Source: Candidatus Latescibacterota bacterium (GTDB lineage Bacteria; Latescibacterota; UBA2968; UBA8231). Taken from it: 64,000 nucleotides of DNA. The notes beneath the pieces were generated by a model. That model did no database searches. It was given only the letters and a program-made list of their open reading frames with translations, and was not told the DNA's origin. Shown here piece by piece: positions 17,366-27,487 of this stretch; position 1 is the first letter of the stretch, and every line of letters begins with the position of its first letter. The DNA is taken from NCBI GenBank assembly GCA_965204725.1, contig OZ242005.1, forward strand, positions 2,368,001 to 2,432,000, in the 5' to 3' direction. The position numbers and the translations under genes were made by a program.

Positions 17366-20300
17366 TTACCGAGACATAACAAGGTATAACGAGGAACAGT
17401 TAGGGCGGGATACTGCCTCGCGCAAGACGCAGATCTCCATGTACTCCGACTCGACTCATTTTATATATGAGATTCTGCAAAATGCGGACGACTATAAAGC
17501 AAAGGAAGTGTTTTTCAAGCTCTCGGAAACGGAACTTTGGATTGAACACGATGGAGAGCCGTTTGCCAAGAAAAACGTCAAGGCGATCACTTACTTCGGC
17601 CAGAGCACAAGTCGAGAAGACCTTGTCAAGACAGGTCATTTTGGCGTCGGCTTCAAGTCAGTCTTCGCTTTCACGGCAACGCCGATTATCATTTCAGGCG
17701 ATGAACACTTTCAGATATACGGTCTGTACCGAGTCAAGGATCATCCCTATCCAGATGATTTCCCAAGTTCTCGCACCCGTATCATCCTTCCTTTCAACCA
17801 CGAATCCGAGAAACCGGATTATGTGGAAGACCTTATGTCGCGAGAAGATGCTTACTCGAAAATAAAAGAACGATTGACGAGTCTAAATAAAAACACACTG
17901 CTGTTCACACGAAACATTCGGGAGATTCGCTGGGAGACAAATGACGACTCAGGACACTATTCACGCGAAGACGATAAAAGCAATAATACCCGAATGACCA
18001 CGATTACCGACGGAGAACATGTAAAAAAATATCTTGTGTTCTCACGAAAGCCAAGATGGAACGACGAGGTGCATAAAACGGTGGATGTAGCCTTTGGTAT
18101 GGACGAGAAAGGAGCAATTGTGCCAGTGCCAGCAGAAGAGGATTTTCTCTACGTCCTCTTTGCGACAAAACAGGAAACCCATCTCAGATTTATACTAAAT
18201 GGCCCATATCGAACAAATCCAGCACGGGAAACCATCCCGGAAGATGATTCTTTCAACAGACATCTTATAGAGGAGACCTGTGATTTGGTAGAGAGTATGC
18301 TATTACAAATCCGAAAAAAGGGGCTTCTTACGACCAAATTTTTAGCCGTCCTTCCAAACAGAAAAGATAGGCTGGGGGATTTTTATAAACCAATCCTGAA
18401 CAGGCTAGTTGATCTATTCAAAAAAGAAAAGCTGACGCCGATGAAACGCGGGGGTCATGCCGCTGCATCAGGAATCTACCAATACCGAGGAAACAGGCAG
18501 TTATCTGCACTGATCAACGACAAAGATTTGGCAACAATTCTTGGAAAGGATCCATCTTTACCTCTATGGGTTGCCAATGCTCCACAACGACACCAAGAGT
18601 CAGATAATTTTCTGTCTTCACTCGGAATCCCTGAGTGGGATGAAGAAAAACTTGTAAGCGAGCTATCTGTCCAATCTGATTTGATACAGATATGGCTAAA
18701 GGACAAATCAGACAAATGGCATCAGGAATTTTATGCATTGCTCGGCGATTTCCTGTCGAATACCCCTTATTTATATAAAAATCGCAAGGATACGCTATCA
18801 GCTCTTCCTATCGTCCGACTCAGCGATGGCACCTATAAAAAGGGAGAGGACTGCTATTTCCCAAGCGACGCTGTGGAACACGATAAAATATTTCCTCGTG
18901 TCGCCAAAGGCGTCTATTCATCTGGAAAGAACAAGAACCAGCAGGAAAAAGCTCGCAAATTCCTTGGCGATGATATTGGTGTTAGTGAAGTTAAAGAAAG
19001 CGACCGAGTTAAGGCGATTTTGGATCAGCGGTACGTAAAAGGTACAATTAATCTCCGAAAGCGACATCATGAGAAAGATCTAAAAAGATTTATTAAACTT
19101 GTTGAGGACGAACCAAGTCAAGCAAATTTATTTAAGGATTACTTTATCTTTGAACTAGACAACAAGAACTGGGGAATGCCATGTGCCCGTGTTTTCGTAG
19201 ATCATCCTTATCTCGATACCGGATTGAGTGCCTACTATGAAGCTCTTGGCAGGAATTCAGATCGAAAACGGGCACTTCACCCGAAGTATAAAAAATATGG
19301 TATAGAGCCAAGAAGGATCGGGGGATTTGCCGAAGCGGTAGGTGCTCATATAAAGCTTGAGCCTCAACATCAACTGATTCCGAAAAGTCATCCTGAATAC
19401 AAGTATTTAATATCTGCACCAGGCGAAAGAAGGGGAAGTGAGAGAAATATAGATTATACAATTCCTGAATTTAAGGTTCTACTCAATAGACTCTGTATCG
19501 GTAAGGCTCGGCTGATTTGGAGAACGATGAATTCACTGTCTGCCTGTCATTTAGAAGCACGATATCAGAAAACTGAAAGGTGGGGATCTCGTGACGGAAA
19601 ATCTAGTCTTGTACATGATCTAATGAAGGCAGCATGGATGCCACAGAAAAATGGGGATTCTTTTCGTTTTGTACGCCCTTGTGATGCATCAGTTGATCTC
19701 CTTCCAGAAGAGTTTCCATACGAAAATGGAAAAAAGTGGCTCGAAACGGTTAAATTTGGGGAGAATGCCAAGAAAGCAAGCGAGGAATATAAAAAGCGCG
19801 AGGTATTACTATCTTCCCTACCTATTGATAAAGAAATAGTCGATTATGCAAGCGGACTCTCTCCAGAAGAACAGAAAGAGATGATGGAAGACCATAAGCG
19901 CAAGAAGGCACGATATAGTGATCAATCTACTCAGCAGGGAAATATTCCCTTCCATAAGGCCCTGTCCGATTCTTTTGTAGCATCCAGTAAGGACGCAATT
20001 GAAGATAACGTAGGCTTAGGCTACGGAGGTTCCGTTAAAAATTCTTCACGTCGCCGGGATAAAACTTCAAAAAGCATCGCTGCCGACATAAAGAAAGAAG
20101 GCGAGCAGGAAATACGCTCGTATTTTTCCGCAGTTAAAAAATGGAAGGGTAAAAACGACCAAGTCCGAGTAAACCTGATTGAATGGTACGGAGGCCAATG
20201 TCAAATTTGCGGCAAGACCTTTACTCAAAGCAACGGCGAGCCATACTTTGAAGGGCTGTACCTTGTGTCCTACACAACCGCCGGATGGGTTGACCGAGTT

Positions 20301-20549
20301 GGCAATGTTCTCTGCCTCTGTCCTTGGCATAGTGCAATGTTCCGGTTTGGCCCGAAAGAAGTTGACGAAGACATCATTCAGCAGATTTTACAGTTGAAAG
20401 TTCGGGCTGAAGGAGGCGATGGTCAGCTCGCAATCAAGTTGCGATTATGCGGCGAGAACGTCGAAATAAAATTTGAAGAGAGCCACCTTATCGATTTGCA
20501 AGAAATGGTCAAGCAATCTCAGGAGTTAGAACGTCCTTCGGTCGGTTGA
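17355..20549 (+). CDS. sacsin/NO VEIN-like GHKL ATPase with C-terminal HNH-like domain
   Basis: EILQNADD, EHDGEPF, GHFGVGFKSVF (GHKL motifs); C-terminal CQICG...GNVLCLCPWH. Overlaps the helicase stop by 11 nt; visibly AT-richer than the flanks. Confidence 0.82.
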   Translation: MPSNYRDITRYNEEQLGRDTASRKTQISMYSDSTHFIYEILQNADDYKAKEVFFKLSETELWIEHDGEPFAKKNVKAITYFGQSTSREDLVKTGHFGVGFKSVFAFTATPIIISGDEHFQIYGLYRVKDHPYPDDFPSSRTRIILPFNHESEKPDYVEDLMSREDAYSKIKERLTSLNKNTLLFTRNIREIRWETNDDSGHYSREDDKSNNTRMTTITDGEHVKKYLVFSRKPRWNDEVHKTVDVAFGMDEKGAIVPVPAEEDFLYVLFATKQETHLRFILNGPYRTNPARETIPEDDSFNRHLIEETCDLVESMLLQIRKKGLLTTKFLAVLPNRKDRLGDFYKPILNRLVDLFKKEKLTPMKRGGHAAASGIYQYRGNRQLSALINDKDLATILGKDPSLPLWVANAPQRHQESDNFLSSLGIPEWDEEKLVSELSVQSDLIQIWLKDKSDKWHQEFYALLGDFLSNTPYLYKNRKDTLSALPIVRLSDGTYKKGEDCYFPSDAVEHDKIFPRVAKGVYSSGKNKNQQEKARKFLGDDIGVSEVKESDRVKAILDQRYVKGTINLRKRHHEKDLKRFIKLVEDEPSQANLFKDYFIFELDNKNWGMPCARVFVDHPYLDTGLSAYYEALGRNSDRKRALHPKYKKYGIEPRRIGGFAEAVGAHIKLEPQHQLIPKSHPEYKYLISAPGERRGSERNIDYTIPEFKVLLNRLCIGKARLIWRTMNSLSACHLEARYQKTERWGSRDGKSSLVHDLMKAAWMPQKNGDSFRFVRPCDASVDLLPEEFPYENGKKWLETVKFGENAKKASEEYKKREVLLSSLPIDKEIVDYASGLSPEEQKEMMEDHKRKKARYSDQSTQQGNIPFHKALSDSFVASSKDAIEDNVGLGYGGSVKNSSRRRDKTSKSIAADIKKEGEQEIRSYFSAVKKWKGKNDQVRVNLIEWYGGQCQICGKTFTQSNGEPYFEGLYLVSYTTAGWVDRVGNVLCLCPWHSAMFRFGPKEVDEDIIQQILQLKVRAEGGDGQLAIKLRLCGENVEIKFEESHLIDLQEMVKQSQELERPSVG

Positions 20550-20660
20550 ACGAATAGTTTGGTATCCTAACCGTCCAGCCAATTCGCACCGACGAGAAAA
20601 CCGTTTACCCGAGAGAGGAAGAATTTGGTCGGACATATAGCCATCCTACATCATTCAAGA

Positions 20661-20688
20661 CTGGATTCCCGCTTTCGCGGGAATGACG
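20661..20688 (-). repeat. fourth REP/dRS3-like palindrome, inverted
   Basis: CTGGATTCCCGCTTTCGCGGGAATGACG is a reverse-complement match to the 6579-6755 family. Confidence 0.85.
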
Positions 20689-20778
20689 CCTGATATGCAA
20701 AAAAGACCATGCCGATCAACATTCCATGCTTTCGAGTCATTTAGGACGGCCATATCAGCCCCTGTACCGTGCGTCGTC

Positions 20779-21930
20779 CTATTTTGCATCGGCGATAAAG
20801 TCGAGATAATTCCCAGAATGGACGACCTCAAACGAACTGTCGCTATATGCTTGACGCCAGCCGCGGGGGACCCGGGCGGAGGATTGAGGCGACCACTTCA
20901 TTTCAGCGGCGCGCAGACGCCCGCCCCACTCCTCGATCAAGTCGATCTCCTGCTGGTCGTAGGTGCGCCAGAAGTGGCTCTCGGCCAAGCGCCCCGTGTA
21001 TAGGTTGTACTTCAGCCGCTCAACCAAGACATAGTTCTCCCACAAGGCCCCCACATCGTCGCGCAGCGACAAGGCATTGAAGTTGTTGATCAGCCCGTTC
21101 CTGACGCCATTGTCGTAAAAATAGTACCGCCGGCTCTTGGTAATTTCCTTGCGGAGATTGCGGCTGAAGCCGCGGCGGCTATAGAGGATATAGGCTTTTT
21201 CGAGCAGGTCGAGATAGCGCTCCACCGTGTTTTTGTTCATGCCGAGTTGGGTGCCCAATTCCGCCACGGAAACCTCGCGGCCAATCTGAAAGGCCAGCAA
21301 CTGGAGCAAGCGGAGCAGTTTGTCGGCGTGGCGAATGCCCTCCAACTGTAGAATGTCTTTGAACAGATAGGAAGCGATTAGTTCCTTTATATAAAGCTGG
21401 CGGTCTTCATGCGACTCCATGAGGACGACTTCGGGATACGACCCGTAGATCAACCGCAGTTCGAGCTGGGCCTTCGTCTGGTGCGCGGTCTCCACCTCCT
21501 GTAGTTCGAGCTGGGCCAAGGGCAACAGCAGCAGGGTGTATTTGCGGCCGGTCAAAGGCTCGCCCGTCTGCTGCGCTAGATCAAAGGACGACGAACCCGT
21601 GGCGATAATGCGCAGCCCTGCGACGTGGTCGGCTAACAGCTTCAAATTCAGGCCGATTTGCCGCACGTACTGGGCTTCGTCGATAATCAACGTACGCCGC
21701 TGGCCGATAAAGGCTCGCAATTTGACGAGGGATTGACTTTCCAAATAGTCGCGTACCGTTATATCTTCCCCGGTCACCAAGAGGACGTCGCGGTCGTGCT
21801 GTTGGACGTACTGCTGGATCAAGGTGGTCTTGCCCACTCGCCTAGGACCGTACACCACGACCACTTTACCGGGGCGAGCCAAGCGCTTGAGGCGAGTGAG
21901 TTGTGCTTGGGGAATGTAAATATCGGACAT
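20779..21930 (-). CDS. AAA_14 ATPase with DUF4143 (wHTH + PD-(D/E)xK-like tail)
   Basis: GPRRVGKTT, IIDEAQ, ATGSSS, YFYDNGVRN, WENY, FWRTYDQQEIDLIEE...EMKW. Confidence 0.9.
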   Translation of the reverse strand: MSDIYIPQAQLTRLKRLARPGKVVVVYGPRRVGKTTLIQQYVQQHDRDVLLVTGEDITVRDYLESQSLVKLRAFIGQRRTLIIDEAQYVRQIGLNLKLLADHVAGLRIIATGSSSFDLAQQTGEPLTGRKYTLLLLPLAQLELQEVETAHQTKAQLELRLIYGSYPEVVLMESHEDRQLYIKELIASYLFKDILQLEGIRHADKLLRLLQLLAFQIGREVSVAELGTQLGMNKNTVERYLDLLEKAYILYSRRGFSRNLRKEITKSRRYYFYDNGVRNGLINNFNALSLRDDVGALWENYVLVERLKYNLYTGRLAESHFWRTYDQQEIDLIEEWGGRLRAAEMKWSPQSSARVPRGWRQAYSDSSFEVVHSGNYLDFIADAK

Positions 21931-21933
21931 AGT

Positions 21934-21963
21934 ACTGACTAAATTAACGTTAATTCAGTCAGT
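21934..21963. promoter_or_regulatory. 30-bp near-perfect palindrome (operator-like)
   Basis: ACTGACTAAATTAACGTTAATTCAGTCAGT, one mismatched pair, 3 nt upstream of the ATPase ATG. Confidence 0.7.
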
Positions 21964-21994
21964 TACAAGTCCACAAGAACAAAGTGAGCATCCG

Positions 21995-22750
21995 ATGGAA
22001 CTAGAAATAACCGCCCGGCACCGCGAACAGTACGAGCGCGATGGCTATGCGATCGTCCGCGGCGGCTTTACCGCCGACGAGTGCGACCGCTTTGTCGCCT
22101 ACATGCTGGACCTCCACGCTGGCCGCTTCAGCGTCGAGGGCTATCCCCCGCGCCAGCCAGACGATTGGAGCCGCCTCATCAGCCGCAGCCTGCACCATCC
22201 GGCCGGCCTCGCGTGGATGCTCAGTCCGCGGCTGCGCCAGCCGTTGCGCACCTTCCTCGGCGACGAGCCCGATGGCGTCCAGAGCATGTACTTTTACAAG
22301 GGCTCCGAACAACGCCGGCACCAAGACGCCTTTTTCCTGCCGGGCTGCATGGGGGTTTGGGTCGCTCTCCAGCCAGTCAGTGCCCGCAACGGCAGCATTC
22401 ACATTCAGGTGGGCTCCCACAAGGGTGCCCTAATAGAAAAGCGTCACTTCCGCCGCGATGAGACCGGCGAGCAAGGCCCTTGGTATGGCTGGGATCAGGA
22501 CGAGGCTTTTGACGCCCTTTTCGCGCGCAACGGGTTGCCGGAAATCGCCATTGAAGCGGCCAAAGGCGACATCGTGTTCTTCAACGGCCGCTTAATTCAC
22601 CGCGGCGGCCCCATTCTGGACGAGGGTGCTTTCCGCCACAGTTGGGCCGGGCACTACATTCCCCGCTCCTACAATCCGTGGCCCTACGAGAGCCACCCCC
22701 GCTTGCGCGTCTCCTTTGACGGCGCGTGCCGCTTTACGCCCACACACTGA
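21995..22750 (+). CDS. PhyH family dioxygenase
   Basis: HQDAFF, GSH, LIHRGG motifs. Confidence 0.88.
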   Translation: MELEITARHREQYERDGYAIVRGGFTADECDRFVAYMLDLHAGRFSVEGYPPRQPDDWSRLISRSLHHPAGLAWMLSPRLRQPLRTFLGDEPDGVQSMYFYKGSEQRRHQDAFFLPGCMGVWVALQPVSARNGSIHIQVGSHKGALIEKRHFRRDETGEQGPWYGWDQDEAFDALFARNGLPEIAIEAAKGDIVFFNGRLIHRGGPILDEGAFRHSWAGHYIPRSYNPWPYESHPRLRVSFDGACRFTPTH

Positions 22751-22779
22751 GATACCCCAAGGCGAGGAGGAGGTTGACC

Positions 22780-24150
22780 ATGAAGCTGTGGATGGATGTA
22801 ATGCGCGATCTCGAAAGCGTGATGAACGATCACGAGCGCATCCTCGATGCGTGGGCCGAGGGCGGCGTCGACGGAGTCGTGTTCGGTCCACTCGTTTTCG
22901 GCGCGGCAAAACTGTCGCAACATGCCGTGGCCGCTCCCAGCGACGCCATCGTCGCAGAGGCGTACGATCCGAACCCGGCGGTGTACGCACGACTCGGGGT
23001 TGAGCCGCCGCCCCCGCCGGACCAGAAGCTGCCGGAAAAAAGGGCCTTGCTAGCAAAGACGATGCACGCCGCCAAGGAACGCGGCATGCAGGTGTACTGC
23101 ATGTACGCCGATGGGGGCGCCGGTCCAGGCGGTCCAGGCCACCCCCTGCACGACGACAAGACGCTGGCGTCGCGGGTGGCGCGCATGGTTGACGCGCTAG
23201 AGCACTTCCCAATGGCGGATGGGGCCGTAATGGACGGGCCGGAGTGGGGGTACGAAATCGCCCCCCATCACATGAATCACCGCTCCTACTTCTTCCACGA
23301 CCTGCCCGAATCGGTGGCACCGATGGCCGAGGAGCTAGGGTACGACTACGAGGCCATGGTCGCCGCGAAAGACCGGCTCTTATCTCGGTTGCACAACCTC
23401 GACCCGGCGCGCATCCGCGCCCATGCCAGCGGCGGCCTAGTGGGTGCCTACCGCATGCTCGGCGCCGACCCCGACTTGATGGCTTGGCTGTCGTTCCGGG
23501 TCGCCTCCCTGACTCGCTATTTTCGCCGCATCCGCGCCGGCGTGGCCGCGGAGTTGGCGCGTCCGGTGCGCCTCGGCTGCGGCCCGCGCTCGGCCGCCTT
23601 CGCTCCCTTGTGTGGGTACGACTTCGTCGACCTAGCCCAGTTCATGGATTTTCTGCTGCCAAAGCACTACTTCTTTCACCGCGGCTTCGACGGCTTCCTC
23701 GGCACGGTCTATCGCTATTCGCAGACGCTCTTGGAGTGGAATGCGGGGATCAGCGTGGCCGACACCCTCCGGGTAGTGGAAGCGCTCTTCGGCATCGTCC
23801 TACCGGGCGTGGCCGACGACCTGCTCGATTTTGAGGGGGCCCTCAACCCAGAGTTTTTCGAGCAGGTGGTAACGCAGGAGACGCGACGAGCGCTGGCCTC
23901 GGTTGACGACCCGGAGCGCATCGTCCCTTGGCTCGACACCGGTCGCTTTCCCCACGACGGCGACCCCATGTCGGCCCGCGACCTCAAGATGTTGCTCAAC
24001 GCCGCTGAAGCCGCAGGGCTGAGGCGCTTTAACTACCACCACCAAGGGAACCTCAGTCGCGGGGAATGGCTGGTCATCAGCGACAAATGCGGAACCCGCT
24101 GGGACCCGCGCCAGAGCGACTACGAGCCGCCGGACGAACTGGTGTTGTAG
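22780..24150 (+). CDS. uncharacterised protein, possibly TIM-barrel/glycoside-hydrolase-like
   Basis: GGAGGAGG RBS before ATG 22780; DGAVMDGPEWGY, DFLLPKHY; no family securely recognised. Confidence 0.75.
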   Translation: MKLWMDVMRDLESVMNDHERILDAWAEGGVDGVVFGPLVFGAAKLSQHAVAAPSDAIVAEAYDPNPAVYARLGVEPPPPPDQKLPEKRALLAKTMHAAKERGMQVYCMYADGGAGPGGPGHPLHDDKTLASRVARMVDALEHFPMADGAVMDGPEWGYEIAPHHMNHRSYFFHDLPESVAPMAEELGYDYEAMVAAKDRLLSRLHNLDPARIRAHASGGLVGAYRMLGADPDLMAWLSFRVASLTRYFRRIRAGVAAELARPVRLGCGPRSAAFAPLCGYDFVDLAQFMDFLLPKHYFFHRGFDGFLGTVYRYSQTLLEWNAGISVADTLRVVEALFGIVLPGVADDLLDFEGALNPEFFEQVVTQETRRALASVDDPERIVPWLDTGRFPHDGDPMSARDLKMLLNAAEAAGLRRFNYHHQGNLSRGEWLVISDKCGTRWDPRQSDYEPPDELVL

Positions 24151-24151
24151 T

Positions 24152-26092
24152 TCACAAGTACCCCAAGACATTCCCCGTCATCCCTGTGAAGTAGTCGATT
24201 ACCAGCCACATACCTGCCACCACTACTTGGCCTAAGATCAGCCCTAAAAAGAAGGGCCGAGTCCGGCTGTAGGCCGCAGAGCCGCCGTACTTGAGCACGA
24301 TAGTCTTGAACAGCCAAGCCAAAAAGATGCTAAACCACACCCAGTTCATAATGTAGAATGTGCCGGTGGCGAATCCCAAAGGATGGATCGGCCACCACAC
24401 AAAGCGGTAGCGAATATAGGTGAACAGACTCATCAAGAGGGCACCCAGTCCCGTGAAGGCCCAGCCTGCTAGACTGGCCGGTACGGGGCTGTCGAACTTG
24501 GGGGCGATATAGGTGAAAGCCATCTGCGGAACGAAGATGAAGAAGAAATTGTGCAGGTTGATGCCGCCGTGAGCATACGCCATTTCCATCACCAGATAGA
24601 TGGAACTGGACAAAGTGAGGACAATGGCGAGCAATACAGCCCAGAGCAGCCTCCTTTTGCGGCCTTTTATCTCTTCGGCCAATTTGAGGGCATTGGCAAA
24701 GCAAGCCATGAAGAAAATGCGCACATTGGCAATCCATACGTACGTGAAGGCCACGCCGATCAAGCCGGAGGCCCCCAAGGCGGTCGTCCCTAGGCCAGAA
24801 ATGGTGAAATCAGCCGGGGTAATGGGCGTCCGCAGCACAGAAATCCCTCCTTCAACCACCGCCCGAGTAAGCGCGATGAGGACGACCGCTACCCCGAAGA
24901 GAAACACCAAGACGATCCACAGCGGGATGCCCGACTTCCACAACCACCCGATCATCACCGCTAGGCCGACCACCAAGCCCAATACGGCACTGCGGTAGGA
25001 CAAGACCTCCTCGGAATCGTCAATGCGGGCATCCCCTCGCAACGCCTTGACAAAGACAGCGCGCAAGTGCCCGCGCCCCAGCCACAGCCCGGAGAGCACC
25101 AGCACGATCATGGCCCCCATGGCTTGGTGGGCCATGTGCGGCCCGACTAGGTTGGCGAAACGGCTCAGGTTTTCCGCACTGTAGATGCCCAGCACATTGA
25201 AGACCCCCCGCTGTAGCGAGGATAGCAAAAAGAAAAACCAGAACCCCAAGGCAACATCCCGGCTCAATAGGTAGGCAAAGCCGATCAGCGCTAGGTTCAT
25301 ATCTAGGCGCAGGTACGTAGTGCCGCGAAAGAGATGGAAGTCGGTCGAGGTGGTGATGCGGGGCACGAACTCGTAGTAGCTATGCAGGGCATTGACATGG
25401 CCGATGAGGAAGGGAATGATAAACCCCAGCCACATCGCCGGATTGGAGAAAAAGGGGGCTAGCAGCGTCGGTCTCCCATCGTCATCGTCCTGAATCATCT
25501 CTAGGGGAACTTGGGCCAAGGGATAGAGCAGTTTTTCGCTTTCCATCCACTGGCGGCGCACGATCACCATGGCGCAGATGGATACCCAGTAGAAGGCGAG
25601 GATGAACAGGCACCAGTAAGCCAAGGGCTCGAACCAAGCACTCCAAGGCAGCGGCTGCCCCTCGGGTAGCCCTTCGTAGAAATAGCGAATGGCGTCGGGA
25701 TCTTGGGGGACCATCCATTCGGGCACATGGGGATGAATCAAGTGCGCCCAGTTGTTTTCAGGGGTGGCAAAGTAGTACAGCCCCGTGATGATGGGCAGGA
25801 CGTATTCGGTAAAGCCGATGGTGGGGATGGAAGTAGCTACCATCGCCATGATATAGACCACGGCCAATTCCCCTCGGGACAGGGCCAAGCCCCGGTGCAA
25901 CAGGTGCAACAGCGGATTGAGAAAGAGGACGAGGACGAAGAAGATAAAGAGGGCGACCGGAGTGCTGAAGTTGTGTGCTAGTACCGTCCCCTTGATGACC
26001 ATATTGGAATAGGGTACGGCAATGCCGATGAAGACCGAGGAGCCGCCGCCGATTAGCAGGGCTTTGAAGGTGACGCCGCCCGAGTTTCTCAC
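24152..26092 (-). CDS. DUF6785/DUF6784-like polytopic membrane protein (putative transporter), paralogue 1
   Basis: ELAVVYIM, YFATPENNW, RRQWMESEKLLYPLAQVPL, WWPIHPLGF, KYGG...RPFFLGLILG; many TM helices. Confidence 0.8.
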   Translation of the reverse strand: MRNSGGVTFKALLIGGGSSVFIGIAVPYSNMVIKGTVLAHNFSTPVALFIFFVLVLFLNPLLHLLHRGLALSRGELAVVYIMAMVATSIPTIGFTEYVLPIITGLYYFATPENNWAHLIHPHVPEWMVPQDPDAIRYFYEGLPEGQPLPWSAWFEPLAYWCLFILAFYWVSICAMVIVRRQWMESEKLLYPLAQVPLEMIQDDDDGRPTLLAPFFSNPAMWLGFIIPFLIGHVNALHSYYEFVPRITTSTDFHLFRGTTYLRLDMNLALIGFAYLLSRDVALGFWFFFLLSSLQRGVFNVLGIYSAENLSRFANLVGPHMAHQAMGAMIVLVLSGLWLGRGHLRAVFVKALRGDARIDDSEEVLSYRSAVLGLVVGLAVMIGWLWKSGIPLWIVLVFLFGVAVVLIALTRAVVEGGISVLRTPITPADFTISGLGTTALGASGLIGVAFTYVWIANVRIFFMACFANALKLAEEIKGRKRRLLWAVLLAIVLTLSSSIYLVMEMAYAHGGINLHNFFFIFVPQMAFTYIAPKFDSPVPASLAGWAFTGLGALLMSLFTYIRYRFVWWPIHPLGFATGTFYIMNWVWFSIFLAWLFKTIVLKYGGSAAYSRTRPFFLGLILGQVVVAGMWLVIDYFTGMTGNVLGYL

Positions 26093-26104
26093 CTCAGTTG
26101 CTAT

Positions 26105-27487
26105 TCAGTCGGCGTAGTAATAGCCGTAGAGAATCATCATTTCATCGGCCCGCGTGAACCCGAAGTTGAGATTCCGCTCGGTGTCGTTGTCGTAGGTCGC
26201 CCTAATCCTGAAGCCCTCGCCTGCTTTGAGCGCGAGCGGCGGGTCGAATCTGAGGGGGGCCGGGTGTTCCCAGTCGTAGCTGATGTAAACCAATTCCCCG
26301 TCCCGAGGTCCGCCGATGAGTTCGGCCGTGAATTCCTCCATGCGGGCATGGGTGTGGGAAACGAGTTGGAAGATGTGCCTGTCCTCCTTAAAAACGAACT
26401 CTTTCTCTAGGGCCGTGACCCGGCCAGCGGGCAGGTCAATATCGAAGTTGCTCAGAGCGAAGACCTCGGCTACCCGTTCCACTTTTGCCGGCTCAACGAG
26501 ATGCAGGTTGACAAACACTTCGCCCATCACGACCTGATCGGTGGTGTTGGCGTAGTGGGAGTTCATATCGAGTCCCGTTCCAGCGGGCAGACGCATGGCC
26601 ACGCCGGGCGGCAAGCTGAAGTCGAGGCGCGGCGATTGGGCAATTGCGATGGGGATCTGGTACTGCATGACCCGCCAGTCGAATAAATCGTACCCTTCTG
26701 CGTCTTGGTAATTGCCGGCGGCGTCGCGCAGGTCGCGGTAGATTTCCGGCTGGGGCATGACATCGGCCGGTGTGTAGTCGGGAAACTGGTTGAGAATAAA
26801 GTGGTGACTCCCCGACCGCATGGATAATTCAAAGCGGTTGACGAAGAGATCCTCAGCGTGGCCCAAGGGCTGGTAAAAATAGACCTCGCGCTCGTACTGG
26901 GGGGCTACCTCAAAGGGGCCTAAGTGGAGTTGGATGCCGCTGCTCGGCGGCTGGAGCGGCGCGAACTCCGGTACTGCATAGCGCGTTTCGTCCTGCAGCA
27001 GGGCCAAGTCTGCTACCACTCCTTGTTCGGGGGCCTTAGCGCGGATCCACTGGCGTATGAACTCCAGTTGGCCGGTGGTCAGGGGCGGGCGACCCAGCGG
27101 CATCTGCGCGCCGTAGTTGGGATGGTCGGCGTAGAAGTGCTCTTGGGCGGGCGCGTTGATTTTTTCCCAAAGGTAACTCTTAAAAAGACCCGCAAGCCCC
27201 TCATTGCTCAGCAAGACCAAGCCGTCTTGAGCGGCCGCGGCATTGCGCGGTACAGTATTGAGCAGTTGGCTATAAGCCAAATCTGGCGTCAGAACCAAGC
27301 CCGACTGCCGGGCAAAGGCGGTGCCGGCGCTGTGGCAGCTAACGCAGTTGGAGGCGAAGATGTCGTGCTGAATAGTATCCCAAGTCGATGTTTCTTGGGG
27401 CTCTACCGACCGGCCGGAATCGCACCCGCTCAGCAGCCAACTCGCCGCGCCGAGCAATGCGCTTGGTACAAAGCCAATTCGCCGCAT
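26105..27487 (-). CDS. lipoprotein with c-type cytochrome domain and copper type II (PHM/DBH-like) monooxygenase domains
   Basis: Lipobox LLSGC; CVSCH heme motif with a later MP ligand candidate; SHHFIL, NSHY, SHTH and DEMM match the CuH/CuM ligand order. Confidence 0.75.
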   Translation of the reverse strand: MRRIGFVPSALLGAASWLLSGCDSGRSVEPQETSTWDTIQHDIFASNCVSCHSAGTAFARQSGLVLTPDLAYSQLLNTVPRNAAAAQDGLVLLSNEGLAGLFKSYLWEKINAPAQEHFYADHPNYGAQMPLGRPPLTTGQLEFIRQWIRAKAPEQGVVADLALLQDETRYAVPEFAPLQPPSSGIQLHLGPFEVAPQYEREVYFYQPLGHAEDLFVNRFELSMRSGSHHFILNQFPDYTPADVMPQPEIYRDLRDAAGNYQDAEGYDLFDWRVMQYQIPIAIAQSPRLDFSLPPGVAMRLPAGTGLDMNSHYANTTDQVVMGEVFVNLHLVEPAKVERVAEVFALSNFDIDLPAGRVTALEKEFVFKEDRHIFQLVSHTHARMEEFTAELIGGPRDGELVYISYDWEHPAPLRFDPPLALKAGEGFRIRATYDNDTERNLNFGFTRADEMMILYGYYYAD

